Position numbers and translations under genes: made by a program
Source of the DNA: Gammaproteobacteria bacterium
Lineage (GTDB): Bacteria > Pseudomonadota > Gammaproteobacteria > JAPPPA01
DNA length: 64,000 bases
Reading direction: 5' to 3'
Assembly: GCA_030425645.1 (NCBI GenBank)
Contig: JAUHZK010000002.1
Location: 256,487 to 320,486 of the forward strand
The notes under the pieces: generated by a model
The model's input: the letters and a program-made list of their open reading frames with translations, nothing else
The model's database searches: none
Told to the model about the DNA's origin: nothing
Part shown: in pieces, positions 1-9,344 of the stretch
How the letters are laid out: the number at the start of each line of letters is the position of its first letter
Position numbering within the stretch: position 1 is the stretch's first letter

Positions 1-1017
1 ATACCCACCCCAACTGTAGCCTAGGCCGAAATATTCGAACCCGTTCAACATCGCCGCAAGGGCCTCAGCATCGGTGGTTTTCAACAACACACCGAGCAAA
101 CCGCTAGCGCCATCAAAATCGCGCTGCCAAAGCTCGTGCCCTCGGCTCGAAGGCAAAGCGGGATACCAGACTTCGGCAACCTCTGAACGTTGTTGCAACC
201 AATTTGCCACCTGCAAGGCATGCTGCTGGTGCTGCTCTAATCTCGCGGACAGCGTTCGCAATCCGCGCAAGCCCAAATAACAGCTATCCGGACCTGGACA
301 ATTACCCAGCCTTACCGCGGTCTTTTTGACTTGTGTGAAGCCGCCTTTGTCGGCGCAACAAATCACCCCGAGCATGGCGTCTGCATGTCCCACCAAATAC
401 TTGGTAGCAGCATGAATCACAATATCAACGCCCTGCTCTATGGGGCGGTAAAAAAGCGGCGTTGCCCAAGTGTTATCAATGGCCGTAACCACACCATGCG
501 CCTTAGCGGCCTCGACAATGGCGGGCACATCTTGTACTTCAAAGGTCAGAGAACCCGGGCTCTCCATAAAGATAAGCCGAGTATTGGGCTTAATTAATGC
601 GCTAATGCCGGCGCCTATATCTGGATCGTAATAGTGGGTAGTAACACCCATATCGGCCAGCACGGTGTCACAAAAACCACGCGTAGGGCCATACACGCTG
701 TCGACCATCAGTAGTTCATCACCCTGTTTGAGGTAGGACAACAAGGTAATGGTAATAGCTGCCAAACCAGAAGAGGTGGCCACTGCCCGCTCATAGCCGC
801 CATCTAGCGCCGCCACAGCTTCTTCAAAGGCAAACACCGTTGGGGTGCCATGGCGGCCGTAGTAAACCCCATCAAAGGGATTAGCGGTGGCCTTTTCTAA
901 AGCCGCCACATCCGCAAACGTAACGGTGCTAGCGTGATAAACCGCAGGATTAACAATGCCATGCTCGGCGTGATTGCGCCCAGCATGGCTCAGCAGAGTT
1001 TTGATGTTCTTAGCCAT
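1..1017 (-). CDS. metC: Cystathionine beta-lyase (PLP-dependent Cys/Met metabolism family). The C-terminus is cut off by the window edge.
   Basis: Minus-strand translation from the ATG at 1017 gives MAKNIKTLLSHAGR... It contains the PLP-lysine region (AATKYLVGHAD) and is near-colinear with E. coli MetC as I remember it. It is absent from the ORF track because it runs off the window start. Confidence 0.8.
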   Translation of the reverse strand, partial: MAKNIKTLLSHAGRNHAEHGIVNPAVYHASTVTFADVAALEKATANPFDGVYYGRHGTPTVFAFEEAVAALDGGYERAVATSSGLAAITITLLSYLKQGDELLMVDSVYGPTRGFCDTVLADMGVTTHYYDPDIGAGISALIKPNTRLIFMESPGSLTFEVQDVPAIVEAAKAHGVVTAIDNTWATPLFYRPIEQGVDIVIHAATKYLVGHADAMLGVICCADKGGFTQVKKTAVRLGNCPGPDSCYLGLRGLRTLSARLEQHQQHALQVANWLQQRSEVAEVWYPALPSSRGHELWQRDFDGASGLLGVLLKTTDAEALAAMLNGFEYFGLGYSWGGY

Positions 1018-1079
1018 ATGCCTAGCCTGACAGCTGTTGCCCCAAGCTTCAATGCACAATCACGGCTAAGCGCGCAGCA

Positions 1080-1949
1080 TTAGTCTTCGTTTAAAAAGGC
1101 CGGATAGGTAGCGCGATGAAAACCGTCGAACTGCGGCCAGCCCTTGTGGTCGGCCAATGGGAACATGCGACCACCCAAGGGGCCCGCACCGTCAACCTCA
1201 ATACAGCAGCCGCTGGCAAAGGCAGCACCTTCGCTTAACAACCACACCACCGCACTGCTGATTTCAGATTCAGTACCCAAACGCTTAGCTGGAATGCTTT
1301 TAGCCGCTTGCTTAAGTACGGTTTGCATACCAGCGTCATAGGTATCCAAGCCAGAAGAGGCAATAATTCCAGGAGCGACGGCGTTTACCCGAATGTTACA
1401 AGAGGCCCATTCAACTGCCGCCGTTTTGGTGAGATTCAGCATACCGGCACGCGCAGCACCGCTATGGCCCATCATCGGCATACCGCCCCACATGTCAGCA
1501 ATAATATTGACGATGCTGCCGCCGGTTTTGTTCATACCTTGCATAAACAGCTCACGGGCAACCAGAAAACCACCAACAAGATTACTTTGCACGACTTTTT
1601 CAAAGCCATTTTTGCTAATGGCGGCTAGCGGCGCCGGGAACTGGCCGCCGGCATTGTTTACCAAACCGGTAACCTTGCCCGCTGCCTGGATCTCGGCAAT
1701 CACTTCTTGTACACGCGCCTCATCACGAATATCGCAGCTGAAATAGCTCGTTTCGTAACCATCCTCGGCCAACTCGGCCTGAACCCGTTGCAGCTTCTCC
1801 TCACTGCGGCCCAATAGCACCACATCGGCGCCTAAAGCGGCCAGCTCATGTGCAATGCAACGACCAATACCACTACCCCCGCCAGTAACTAACAGACGTT
1901 GGCCAGCAAACAGGTCGGCACGGAAAACGGATTGATAAGACACGAGCAC
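1080..1949 (-). CDS. Short-chain dehydrogenase/reductase (SDR) family oxidoreductase, possibly an enoyl- or dienoyl-CoA reductase type.
   Basis: The N-terminus has the TGGGSGIG Rossmann motif, and the overall architecture is SDR-like (NNAG, catalytic region). Confidence 0.85.
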   Translation of the reverse strand: MLVSYQSVFRADLFAGQRLLVTGGGSGIGRCIAHELAALGADVVLLGRSEEKLQRVQAELAEDGYETSYFSCDIRDEARVQEVIAEIQAAGKVTGLVNNAGGQFPAPLAAISKNGFEKVVQSNLVGGFLVARELFMQGMNKTGGSIVNIIADMWGGMPMMGHSGAARAGMLNLTKTAAVEWASCNIRVNAVAPGIIASSGLDTYDAGMQTVLKQAAKSIPAKRLGTESEISSAVVWLLSEGAAFASGCCIEVDGAGPLGGRMFPLADHKGWPQFDGFHRATYPAFLNED

Positions 1950-2069
1950 TCCTAACGTTGACTAAAGTTCGGCGTGCAGTATGGCATTAGCCAATGTCGG
2001 CGCAAGCTGCAGCGGTGCCAAAACCTACTCGGCGGCACGGCCATGACGCGCCTGCACTATGCGCCAACA

Positions 2070-3398
2070 CTAATCGACGATATCGACGCGTTTCAAATAG
2101 CTCTTCAACATCGGGCCAGCGTCGATCTGCGAATCCAACACAGATAAAAAGGTGTAAACGCCGACGAGCTTTCGCGTCATAAAGATAAATTCGCGCGGAG
2201 GGATTTTGAAATGCCGCGACAGCGCCGCGCTGCCACCGCTACGCGCTACCCGTTCAGGCAAGTTACTGCGGCCCCAACCGTAACAACCATTGCTACAAAG
2301 CGCCGCTTTAGGCGTGTCGTTATCTTTGCGACGGTCAAAGGGCTCAATAATTTTATAAGCCACCTTCACAAAGGAATCTTGCACATCATCCGGGAAATCA
2401 TCACGGAGGAAGTTAAGCCCCACCGCTCCACGAAGCAAACGCGTTCGGTTACGGTAGTAAGCGCCGCCGACAACGTCGTAATAAGCCGTCATGAAGGTTT
2501 CGGGGAATAGCTTAACTGCGCCAAAATCAAGCAGCACAATCTTGTCCTGCTCGCCGGCCGGGTCAATACGTAAACGATAGTTACCGAAATTCGGATCGGT
2601 TTGCAGCTCACCCCAGAGGAAGAATTCTTTAAAGAAGAGATCCAAGGCCGCATAACCGATGCTGTCGCGACGGCTTTGCGACAAGGCCATACACTCTTTA
2701 CTACCAACCACAATGCCCGGCTCGTAAGACGTTACTAGCAAGTTAGGGGTTGAATACTCCGGAAAAACTTGCGGCACGATAAAGCGCGGGTCGTCTTTTA
2801 GACGTTCGCGGAAGAAATGCGTAGTTTCTAATTCCAGCTGGTAATCGACCTCGCGGTGCAACATGCCGCGAATTTCGTCCAGCCACTCATCAAAATCTGG
2901 CCCCTTAGGTAGCGCGCGCACCACTTTTAACAAGCCCATCAAGGCTTCAATGTCGGTGTCGATCGCTTGCGCAACGCCTGGGTACTGCAGTTTAAAACAT
3001 ACTTCGCGGCCGTCCTTTTTACGCCGCGCCCGGTGTACCTGGCCAATCGAGGCTGCGCCTAAAGGCTCTGGGTCAATCTCAAACTCATCGTAGTGCCGGC
3101 CCAGTTGGGCGCGAAAATGCGGCTCAACCGCCTGCCATGTTAGCGCCGCCGACTGATCTTCTAGTTGGTGCAGCGCTGCCGTAATTTCATCTGGCAAAAA
3201 ATGCTCGCCGTAAAGCGCCATCATCTGCCCAACTTTAACGATGCTACCTTTTAGCTGGCCAAGCTCATGAACCAAATACTCAGCTTGCTTGCTAAGCATT
3301 TCACTGTTTTTCTCCGCCCTTTTCTCGGGACTACGAAACAGGTTGGCAAAACCGGAGGCCGCTGCCTTGCTGCCAGCCACCATGCCGGCCTTGGCCAT
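2070..3398 (-). CDS. ABC1/UbiB-family atypical protein kinase.
   Basis: It shows the ABC1/AarF domain pattern (KVGQ...LYGEHFLPDE, EFEIDPEPLGAASIGQVHRA, LLDFGAV). The start was chosen at the internal Met (MAKAGM), and the ORF extends to 3467. Confidence 0.8.
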   Translation of the reverse strand: MAKAGMVAGSKAAASGFANLFRSPEKRAEKNSEMLSKQAEYLVHELGQLKGSIVKVGQMMALYGEHFLPDEITAALHQLEDQSAALTWQAVEPHFRAQLGRHYDEFEIDPEPLGAASIGQVHRARRKKDGREVCFKLQYPGVAQAIDTDIEALMGLLKVVRALPKGPDFDEWLDEIRGMLHREVDYQLELETTHFFRERLKDDPRFIVPQVFPEYSTPNLLVTSYEPGIVVGSKECMALSQSRRDSIGYAALDLFFKEFFLWGELQTDPNFGNYRLRIDPAGEQDKIVLLDFGAVKLFPETFMTAYYDVVGGAYYRNRTRLLRGAVGLNFLRDDFPDDVQDSFVKVAYKIIEPFDRRKDNDTPKAALCSNGCYGWGRSNLPERVARSGGSAALSRHFKIPPREFIFMTRKLVGVYTFLSVLDSQIDAGPMLKSYLKRVDIVD

Positions 3399-3551
3399 TG
3401 TTGCCCGGCGCTCAAATTGGCCAGTGCGAATGCGATCTACATGTTGAGGCGGGCGACGGCTAGACAAGCGATACTCCAGAAAATGTTGCAGTGCGTCATT
3501 TTATTCTACGCAAAACCACGCGGCGTTGCTAAATGATTCCGCAAAAACAGC

Positions 3552-4964
3552 CTAGTTCGCCAACTTGGTAGACACCAATTCCGCAATCTGACGGTTGATA
3601 CTGGGGATATCTTTAAACACCAAATGCGAGCCTTGGAACCAGCTCACCCGGCCGGTTTGCCAAACGTCCTCTAACTGCTGCACATGCCCCGGTGGGATAA
3701 CCTCGTCAGCTAGGCCAGCAATAATCTGGCGGTTATCCAGATCAACTTTTGAATCACGCGCTAGCGGCGATAGCGGCTTCATTAGCTGTTTGACGCGGTC
3801 GATGGAAACTCCACAGTCGGTAGTGGCATCCAGAATCTGTCGTGGGCCATGAAACCAAAAAATATCCGGTATATCGGTTAGAGGAATGACGGGTATTGCT
3901 AGGTCTAACTCCTCGAGCGTACTCAACAACGCCGTGTTGTAACCGCCCAGCGAATAGCCCAAAGCCCCTATTTTCTCGGCACCCTGGCTGCGTGCCCAGC
4001 TAACTAAGCGGCGAATATCCCACTGCGACTGCCGTACCGCGTTAAAGGTATCCATCGCATCGCCATTCAAATAGCCGTCACCGCTAATCATGCGCAGCTT
4101 GCGGCCGCCGTGCAGAGGCAGTAGTGGCAGAATCAAATTACAACCGAGTTTTTCATGCAAAAACTTAGGTTCAAATAAATTTAAGTCTAGAAACGGCACA
4201 CCCATTTGGTAGCCATGAATACATATCAGCCACGGCCTAGGCTTGTCGTCATCATGACGAAACACCATTGCCCGAGCATCACGATTACTGGTGTAGCTCA
4301 GCCAGCGCTCGCCACCCGGTAACTCAGGGTGTGGTTGATAACCGGAATCAAAACGTAACATTTCAACGTCATGGCCCTGCAGGCGACGGCGTCGAATCTC
4401 TGGGCTCTCAAGTGGGGGCGGCGCTTCAACTAACGCTTCGGGGTTATCGTGCCAGCCATTTTTATCATACACCGACAACGCCGCATCTAGCTCTTCGGCA
4501 ACCCGCTTGATTTCCGACTCACCTTGGATAATTTTGGGCACGCTGACAAAAACACCAACAATAATATTGTCGAGCGCCGCCCTTAGCGCCAACACCGGTG
4601 TCAACTTAGGCTGCGGTAAATCACTAGGCGCATCATGGTTATCTACCGCAATCCAGCCACTTAAGGCCGCTACCGCTACACTCATAAACAACAGCCCGAC
4701 CGTTACCAGAAAGCCCCAGCTCAGTACGCCGAGTATTGAGCCGATAATCCCAAACAAGCCTGCCAAGGACATAAAACGCAGGAAGCGCCGCTCTCCAGGA
4801 ACCACCAGCCAGCCACCGCCACTAATCACCATTAAAATGGCCGCTGGACCGCCACATATCCACGCCCACAGGCTGGCACCATGCAGCTGCGATAGCCAAA
4901 TCAGGCCAGCCAGCACTGCCGGTGTCGCGACAAAACCCCAACGTTTTGCAGTGGCAATACTCAT
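3552..4964 (-). CDS. Membrane-anchored alpha/beta-hydrolase.
   Basis: About 110 aa of N-terminal hydrophobic helices are followed by a hydrolase fold with the nucleophile elbow GYSLGG. The gene is divergent from fadE. Confidence 0.7.
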   Translation of the reverse strand: MSIATAKRWGFVATPAVLAGLIWLSQLHGASLWAWICGGPAAILMVISGGGWLVVPGERRFLRFMSLAGLFGIIGSILGVLSWGFLVTVGLLFMSVAVAALSGWIAVDNHDAPSDLPQPKLTPVLALRAALDNIIVGVFVSVPKIIQGESEIKRVAEELDAALSVYDKNGWHDNPEALVEAPPPLESPEIRRRRLQGHDVEMLRFDSGYQPHPELPGGERWLSYTSNRDARAMVFRHDDDKPRPWLICIHGYQMGVPFLDLNLFEPKFLHEKLGCNLILPLLPLHGGRKLRMISGDGYLNGDAMDTFNAVRQSQWDIRRLVSWARSQGAEKIGALGYSLGGYNTALLSTLEELDLAIPVIPLTDIPDIFWFHGPRQILDATTDCGVSIDRVKQLMKPLSPLARDSKVDLDNRQIIAGLADEVIPPGHVQQLEDVWQTGRVSWFQGSHLVFKDIPSINRQIAELVSTKLAN

Positions 4965-5033
4965 TACAAATCTCCCATATAGGCTTGTTTTAATTGTGTT
5001 TCTAGGGAGTTATCACTCCCAAGCATGTGTCTT

Positions 5034-5051
5034 AGCATACACTTGTATGCT
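5034..5051. promoter_or_regulatory. An 18-bp palindrome AGCATACA-CT-TGTATGCT in the divergent promoter region between the hydrolase and fadE. It is a candidate operator. A second palindrome GGGAGTtatcACTCCC lies at 5005-5020.
   Basis: Read directly from the sequence. It sits about 100 bp upstream of the fadE start. Confidence 0.3.
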
Positions 5052-5148
5052 GTCGTTCAAGCGCTTGCTCTGTTAATATTGTCCGGCTTTGGAACAGCTG
5101 TCCACCGAATGCGACGGCTGTATTTTTTAATCTTTAGGAGGATTTCCT

Positions 5149-7614
5149 ATGTCAGTTGCTGCTGCTATTGCTGTAGCTGTTGCCGCGTTCTGGCTGCTAG
5201 CGTTTGTGGGCGCACCTTTATTGGTGTGGACTGCCGCTGCCGCCGCATACGTGGGCGGCTTATACGCACTGGGCACAATCGGCTCTACCGGTCTTTATAT
5301 CGGTGGCGCGGTTGTCGGCGTTCTAGTGTTCTTTAACTTGGTGCCGCTGCGTCGCGCCCTTGTTACGTCTGCCATTTTCAAAGGCTTCAAAGCTGTTCTA
5401 CCAGACATGACGTCTACCGAACGCGAAGCGCTAGAAGCTGGTGACGTATGGTGGGAAGGCGAAATGTTTCGCGGTAAGCCAGAATGGAGCAAGCTGCTAG
5501 ACTTCAAACGCACCGAGCTTACCGAGGAAGAAAAAAGCTTCCTTGCTAACGAGGTAGAAGAGCTATGCGCCATGATCGACGACTGGCAGATTCAGCACGA
5601 GCTGAAAGACATGCCAGAAGACGTATGGAACTACATCCGTAGCAAAGGCTTCTTCTCAATGCTGATCAGCAAAGAATGGGGCGGCCTTGGCTTTAGCTCT
5701 GTTGCACAATCAGCTGTAGTGACCAAAATCTCTACCAAGTCTATTGGTGTTGCCGTAACCGTAATGGTGCCTAACTCTTTAGGTCCAGGCGAGTTGCTAA
5801 TGCACTACGGTACTCAAGAGCAAAAAGAAAAATGGCTGCCTGGTCTTGCTGACGGCACCCACATCCCTTGCTTTGGCCTAACTGGCCCAGAAGCGGGCTC
5901 TGACGCTGGCGCGATTCCTGACGTAGGTATTATTTGCGAGCAAGACGGCGTATTGGGCATGAAGATCACCTTCTCCAAGCGCTACATCACCTTGGCACCG
6001 GTATCGACTGTTATTGGTCTTGCCCTTAAGTGCTACGACCCAGATGGTCTACTAGGCGATCCAAACAAAGTTGATTACGGCATCACCTGTGCGCTGATCG
6101 CTTCAGATCTTGAAGGCGTAGAAATTGGCCGCCGTCACTGGCCTTGCAACACCCCGTTCATGAACGGCCCAATCAACGGTAAAGAAATCTTTGTACCAAT
6201 CGATTCAGTGATTGGTGGAAAAGATATGGTTGGCCGCGGCTGGCGTATGCTGGTTGAGTGTCTATCAGCTGGTCGTGGTATTTCACTACCTGCACTTTCT
6301 ACCGCTGCTGGTAAAGCGTCATACATGGCTACCGGTGCTTACACTCGCGTTCGTCGTCAGTTCAAAGTATCAATCGGCCAATTTGAAGGCGTACAAGAAG
6401 CTATGGGCCGCATTGCCGGCTACGCTTATCGTCTAGAAGCAGCACGCATCCTAACCGCCTCTGCGGTTGATAACTGCTCACCGTCTGTGACCACGGCGAT
6501 TGCCAAGTACCACATGACCGACATGATGCGCGACAGCCTAACCGACGCTATGGACATCCACGGCGGTCGTGGCGTTATGCAGGGCCCACGCAACTACCTA
6601 GCGTCTAACTACCAAGGTGTACCGATTGCGATCACCGTAGAAGGTGCGAACATTCTGACCCGTAACTTGATGATCTTCGGTCAAGGCGCTATTCGCTGCC
6701 ATCCTTACGTGTTCCCAGAAATGGAAGCTGCACGTAACCCGGATGACAAAGCAGGCCTTACTGAGTTTGATAAGTTGCTATGGGGCCACATTGGTTTCTC
6801 TGTAAACCGTGGCGCACGTGCTCTAACCCTTGGCCTAACTCGCAGCCAGCTTGCTGGTAGCCCAGTTTCTGGCCCAATGGCTAAGTACTACAAGCAACTT
6901 ACTCGTTACAGCTCTGCCCTAGCGTTCGTTTCTGACGTAACCATGGGTGTGCTAGGTGGCGAACTTAAGCGTATGGAACGTCTGTCTGCTCGTTTGGGCG
7001 ACGTGCTATCTCACCTATACCTAGCGTCTGCGGTACTTAAGTACTACCAAGACGAAGGTGAGCAAGCGGTAGACCTACCGAATGCTGAGTGGGCGCTGCA
7101 AGATTCGTTGTTCAAAATTGACGAAGCTTTCCGTGAGTTCTTCCGTAACTTCCCTAACCGCCCTATCGCCGGTCTGATGAAGTTCATCGTTTTCCCTCCT
7201 CTGTCTGGACGTGCGCAGCAGCCTAGCGACAAGCTAAGCCAAACCATCGCTCTACAGATGATGGAAAACACCAACCTACGCGAGCGCTACGCAGAAGGTG
7301 TTTACACCGGCACTAAAGACGAGCCAATTGGCCGTGTTGAAGCTGCGTTCCAAATGTGCCAAACCGTTGAGCCTATCTTCAACAAGTTTGCACGCGCTGT
7401 TGCCAAGGGCAAAACCCCTGGCTGCTACGATTTGGATTCACAAATCGCTGCCTGCATTGAACAGCAAATCCTGACTCAGGAAGAAGCTGATCAAGTACGC
7501 GAGTACGACGCGCTCCGCGCTGACGCCATGTTGACTGATGCTTTCACCAAGGAATACATCCGTGGTGAGGTTAAAGTTAACGACTCAGCGACCGAGCCAG
7601 CCAAGGTTGCTTAA
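5149..7614 (+). CDS. fadE: Acyl-CoA dehydrogenase FadE.
   Basis: The 821-aa product has an N-terminal membrane segment and is colinear with E. coli FadE along its whole length (WWEGE, GANILTR, IFGQGAIRCHPY). An SD sequence AGGAGG lies upstream. Confidence 0.92.
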   Translation: MSVAAAIAVAVAAFWLLAFVGAPLLVWTAAAAAYVGGLYALGTIGSTGLYIGGAVVGVLVFFNLVPLRRALVTSAIFKGFKAVLPDMTSTEREALEAGDVWWEGEMFRGKPEWSKLLDFKRTELTEEEKSFLANEVEELCAMIDDWQIQHELKDMPEDVWNYIRSKGFFSMLISKEWGGLGFSSVAQSAVVTKISTKSIGVAVTVMVPNSLGPGELLMHYGTQEQKEKWLPGLADGTHIPCFGLTGPEAGSDAGAIPDVGIICEQDGVLGMKITFSKRYITLAPVSTVIGLALKCYDPDGLLGDPNKVDYGITCALIASDLEGVEIGRRHWPCNTPFMNGPINGKEIFVPIDSVIGGKDMVGRGWRMLVECLSAGRGISLPALSTAAGKASYMATGAYTRVRRQFKVSIGQFEGVQEAMGRIAGYAYRLEAARILTASAVDNCSPSVTTAIAKYHMTDMMRDSLTDAMDIHGGRGVMQGPRNYLASNYQGVPIAITVEGANILTRNLMIFGQGAIRCHPYVFPEMEAARNPDDKAGLTEFDKLLWGHIGFSVNRGARALTLGLTRSQLAGSPVSGPMAKYYKQLTRYSSALAFVSDVTMGVLGGELKRMERLSARLGDVLSHLYLASAVLKYYQDEGEQAVDLPNAEWALQDSLFKIDEAFREFFRNFPNRPIAGLMKFIVFPPLSGRAQQPSDKLSQTIALQMMENTNLRERYAEGVYTGTKDEPIGRVEAAFQMCQTVEPIFNKFARAVAKGKTPGCYDLDSQIAACIEQQILTQEEADQVREYDALRADAMLTDAFTKEYIRGEVKVNDSATEPAKVA

Positions 7615-7633
7615 TTAGTAATACTTGACTGAC

Positions 7634-7669
7634 AAAAGCCCCGGCGGGAAACTGCCGGGGCTTTTTTAT
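7634..7669 (+). terminator. Rho-independent terminator of fadE.
   Basis: The hairpin GCCCCGGC-gggaaact-GCCGGGGC is followed by TTTTTT. Confidence 0.7.
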
Positions 7670-7680
7670 ACTCGCAAACA

Positions 7681-7754
7681 GGGGACAGACCCCACCAACC
7701 AAACAGTACACACTCAGGCTGATCCCAGCATTGTTTATAGCGGGGTCTGTCCCC
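7681..7754. repeat. A pair of perfect 13-bp inverted repeats, GGGGACAGACCCC and GGGGTCTGTCCCC, separated by 48 bp (MITE/REP-like).
   Basis: Read directly. The GGGTCTGTCCC motif is also present at 62532-62542. Confidence 0.5.
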
Positions 7755-7770
7755 AATCACAGGAAAACCC

Positions 7771-8301
7771 ATGACTATCCAAGTCACCATTAAAACCAAT
7801 AAAGGCGACATCAAACTCGACCTTTATGAAGACAAAGTTCCTTACACCGTTGCCAACTTCGTTAACCTAGCGAGCCGCGGTTTTTATAACGGTATTAAGT
7901 TTCACCGCGTTATCCCGAATTTCATGATCCAAGGCGGCTGCCCGATGGGTCAAGGCACTGGTGGCCCGGGCTACCGCTTTGGTGATGAGTTCCACCCGGA
8001 ACTGCGCCACGACGCTGCTGGCATCTTAAGCATGGCCAACGCTGGCCCAGGCACCAATGGTAGCCAATTCTTTATTTGCCACGGCCCACAGCCACACCTA
8101 GACGGCGCTCATGCGGTATTCGGCGCTGTGCAGTCAGATGCTGATCAAGACATCGTAAATAGCATCGAAGGCGGTGACATCATGGAAGAAGTGATTGTCG
8201 ACGGCGACTGGGCTGCGCTCCGCGAACAGTGTGCTGATGCACTTAGCCAATGGAACGGCGTACTAGACGAGCAGTTCCCAGCGCTTAACCCAGCGCTATA
8301 G
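7771..8301 (+). CDS. ppiB: Cyclophilin-type peptidyl-prolyl cis-trans isomerase, cytoplasmic type.
   Basis: Cyclophilin motifs are present ([16 protein letters not shown]). There is no signal peptide. Confidence 0.9.
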   Translation: MTIQVTIKTNKGDIKLDLYEDKVPYTVANFVNLASRGFYNGIKFHRVIPNFMIQGGCPMGQGTGGPGYRFGDEFHPELRHDAAGILSMANAGPGTNGSQFFICHGPQPHLDGAHAVFGAVQSDADQDIVNSIEGGDIMEEVIVDGDWAALREQCADALSQWNGVLDEQFPALNPAL

Positions 8302-8307
8302 CACTTG

Positions 8308-8344
8308 CCCCATAACGCACCGGCGCTACCGGTGCGTTATGGGG
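8308..8344 (+). terminator. A 16-bp perfect-stem hairpin immediately after the ppiB stop. It is a transcript-end or mRNA-stabiliser structure, and the T-tract is displaced by about 12 nt.
   Basis: CCCCATAACGCACCGG-cgcta-CCGGTGCGTTATGGGG. Confidence 0.45.
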
Positions 8345-8416
8345 TCATCAATACCCTTTTTAAAAGCGCCTCAGCCTCGGGCCGACCCCTAATTTCAGCT
8401 ACACGAGCCTCACCAC

Positions 8417-8947
8417 ATGTCGACGCAAACGCCTACTGATTGGCAGTCATTAGATTTAGATTGCCTAAATAGTAACGAATACAAATTACTTATCGCGCCA
8501 GCCCTTGAATGCATTACCGATATCGCCGCCAGACGCGGCGATCCCGATTGCTATAACGACATGAGCGCAATGTTGGCCTTATTTACCGTGGTTACCGGGC
8601 TCTCACGGTGTTACCTAGAGGAATGGGGACAGTTAGGCGGCGCCTCAGACGCCGACGCGATTAATAGCGCGCCACTTGGCGCTTGTTTGATGGTCCTCCA
8701 GCAAGCCAAACTAGAACCACTGCAATGCCAAGAAATGTTGCGTGGCCTATCCGGCGCCTGGCGTCACCTAGTGAAAGAAGGCGTAATTGGCGGCGAATTT
8801 CCGCTAATTCAGCAAACATGGCGCAAGCTTGTGGATGAAGATCACACCACTGCAAAGATACACTTGAGAGATGCGGCCATGGCCGTAGTTGCCAGCGTCG
8901 ACCAGTGGGAAGCGCAACGCAACTACAAAGAAGCTACTCTGCAATAA
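8417..8947 (+). CDS. Hypothetical protein with no recognisable family.
   Basis: The 176-aa ORF has coding-like composition. It overlaps the convergent membrane ORF by 14 nt. Confidence 0.45.
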   Translation: MSTQTPTDWQSLDLDCLNSNEYKLLIAPALECITDIAARRGDPDCYNDMSAMLALFTVVTGLSRCYLEEWGQLGGASDADAINSAPLGACLMVLQQAKLEPLQCQEMLRGLSGAWRHLVKEGVIGGEFPLIQQTWRKLVDEDHTTAKIHLRDAAMAVVASVDQWEAQRNYKEATLQ

Positions 8948-9344
8948 CCGGGCTTGTTGTCCGCTGGTTGCGCCAGAAGCTATAGATTGTGGTGTAAGTC
9001 AGGCCAATCACAATTGATGGCGCAATAGTCAGTAGCCAGTTCGGCGTGCCAGCCAATAGGTGTACAACCACCAAAAAGAACAAAACGACCGCGCAGGGCC
9101 CTAACACCGAGTAGCTCCACTGTCGCCATGGTGAATATTGCCGCGCCGAAATCGCCTCTATGCTGAACGTCATAAACAAGGTGATAAAAAAGCTCATCGT
9201 CGATTGCGTTACCGCTGCGCGTGATGCAGCATCCCAACCGAACTCATGGTTTGCCCATGCTGCCCAAGGCGCCCAGAGCACAATTGCCCCTAGCGCCATC
9301 ACCAACGCCCGCCTAGCCATTGCCAGTTGTGGCCGCCGAACCAT
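8934..9344 (-). CDS. Small integral membrane protein of unknown function, downstream of tldD.
   Basis: It has 3-4 predicted TM helices. Its start is abutted or overlapped by the tldD stop, and the true start may be the internal Met (MARRALV). Confidence 0.5.
   Translation of the reverse strand: MVRRPQLAMARRALVMALGAIVLWAPWAAWANHEFGWDAASRAAVTQSTMSFFITLFMTFSIEAISARQYSPWRQWSYSVLGPCAVVLFFLVVVHLLAGTPNWLLTIAPSIVIGLTYTTIYSFWRNQRTTSPVIAE

Noticed and set aside
74-597. Plus-strand ORFs 74-280 and 331-597 from the track.
   Set aside because: The minus strand here encodes a convincing MetC homologue that runs off the window, and these plus-strand ORFs are its antisense shadows.
5025-5336. A Cys-rich 103-aa ORF (CCCYCCSCC) lies at the fadE 5' end.
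   Set aside because: It is an alternative-frame reading of the GCT/GCC-rich Ala-run region at the fadE N-terminus, so the Cys codons come from TGC/TGT in the shifted frame. fadE itself is strongly supported.
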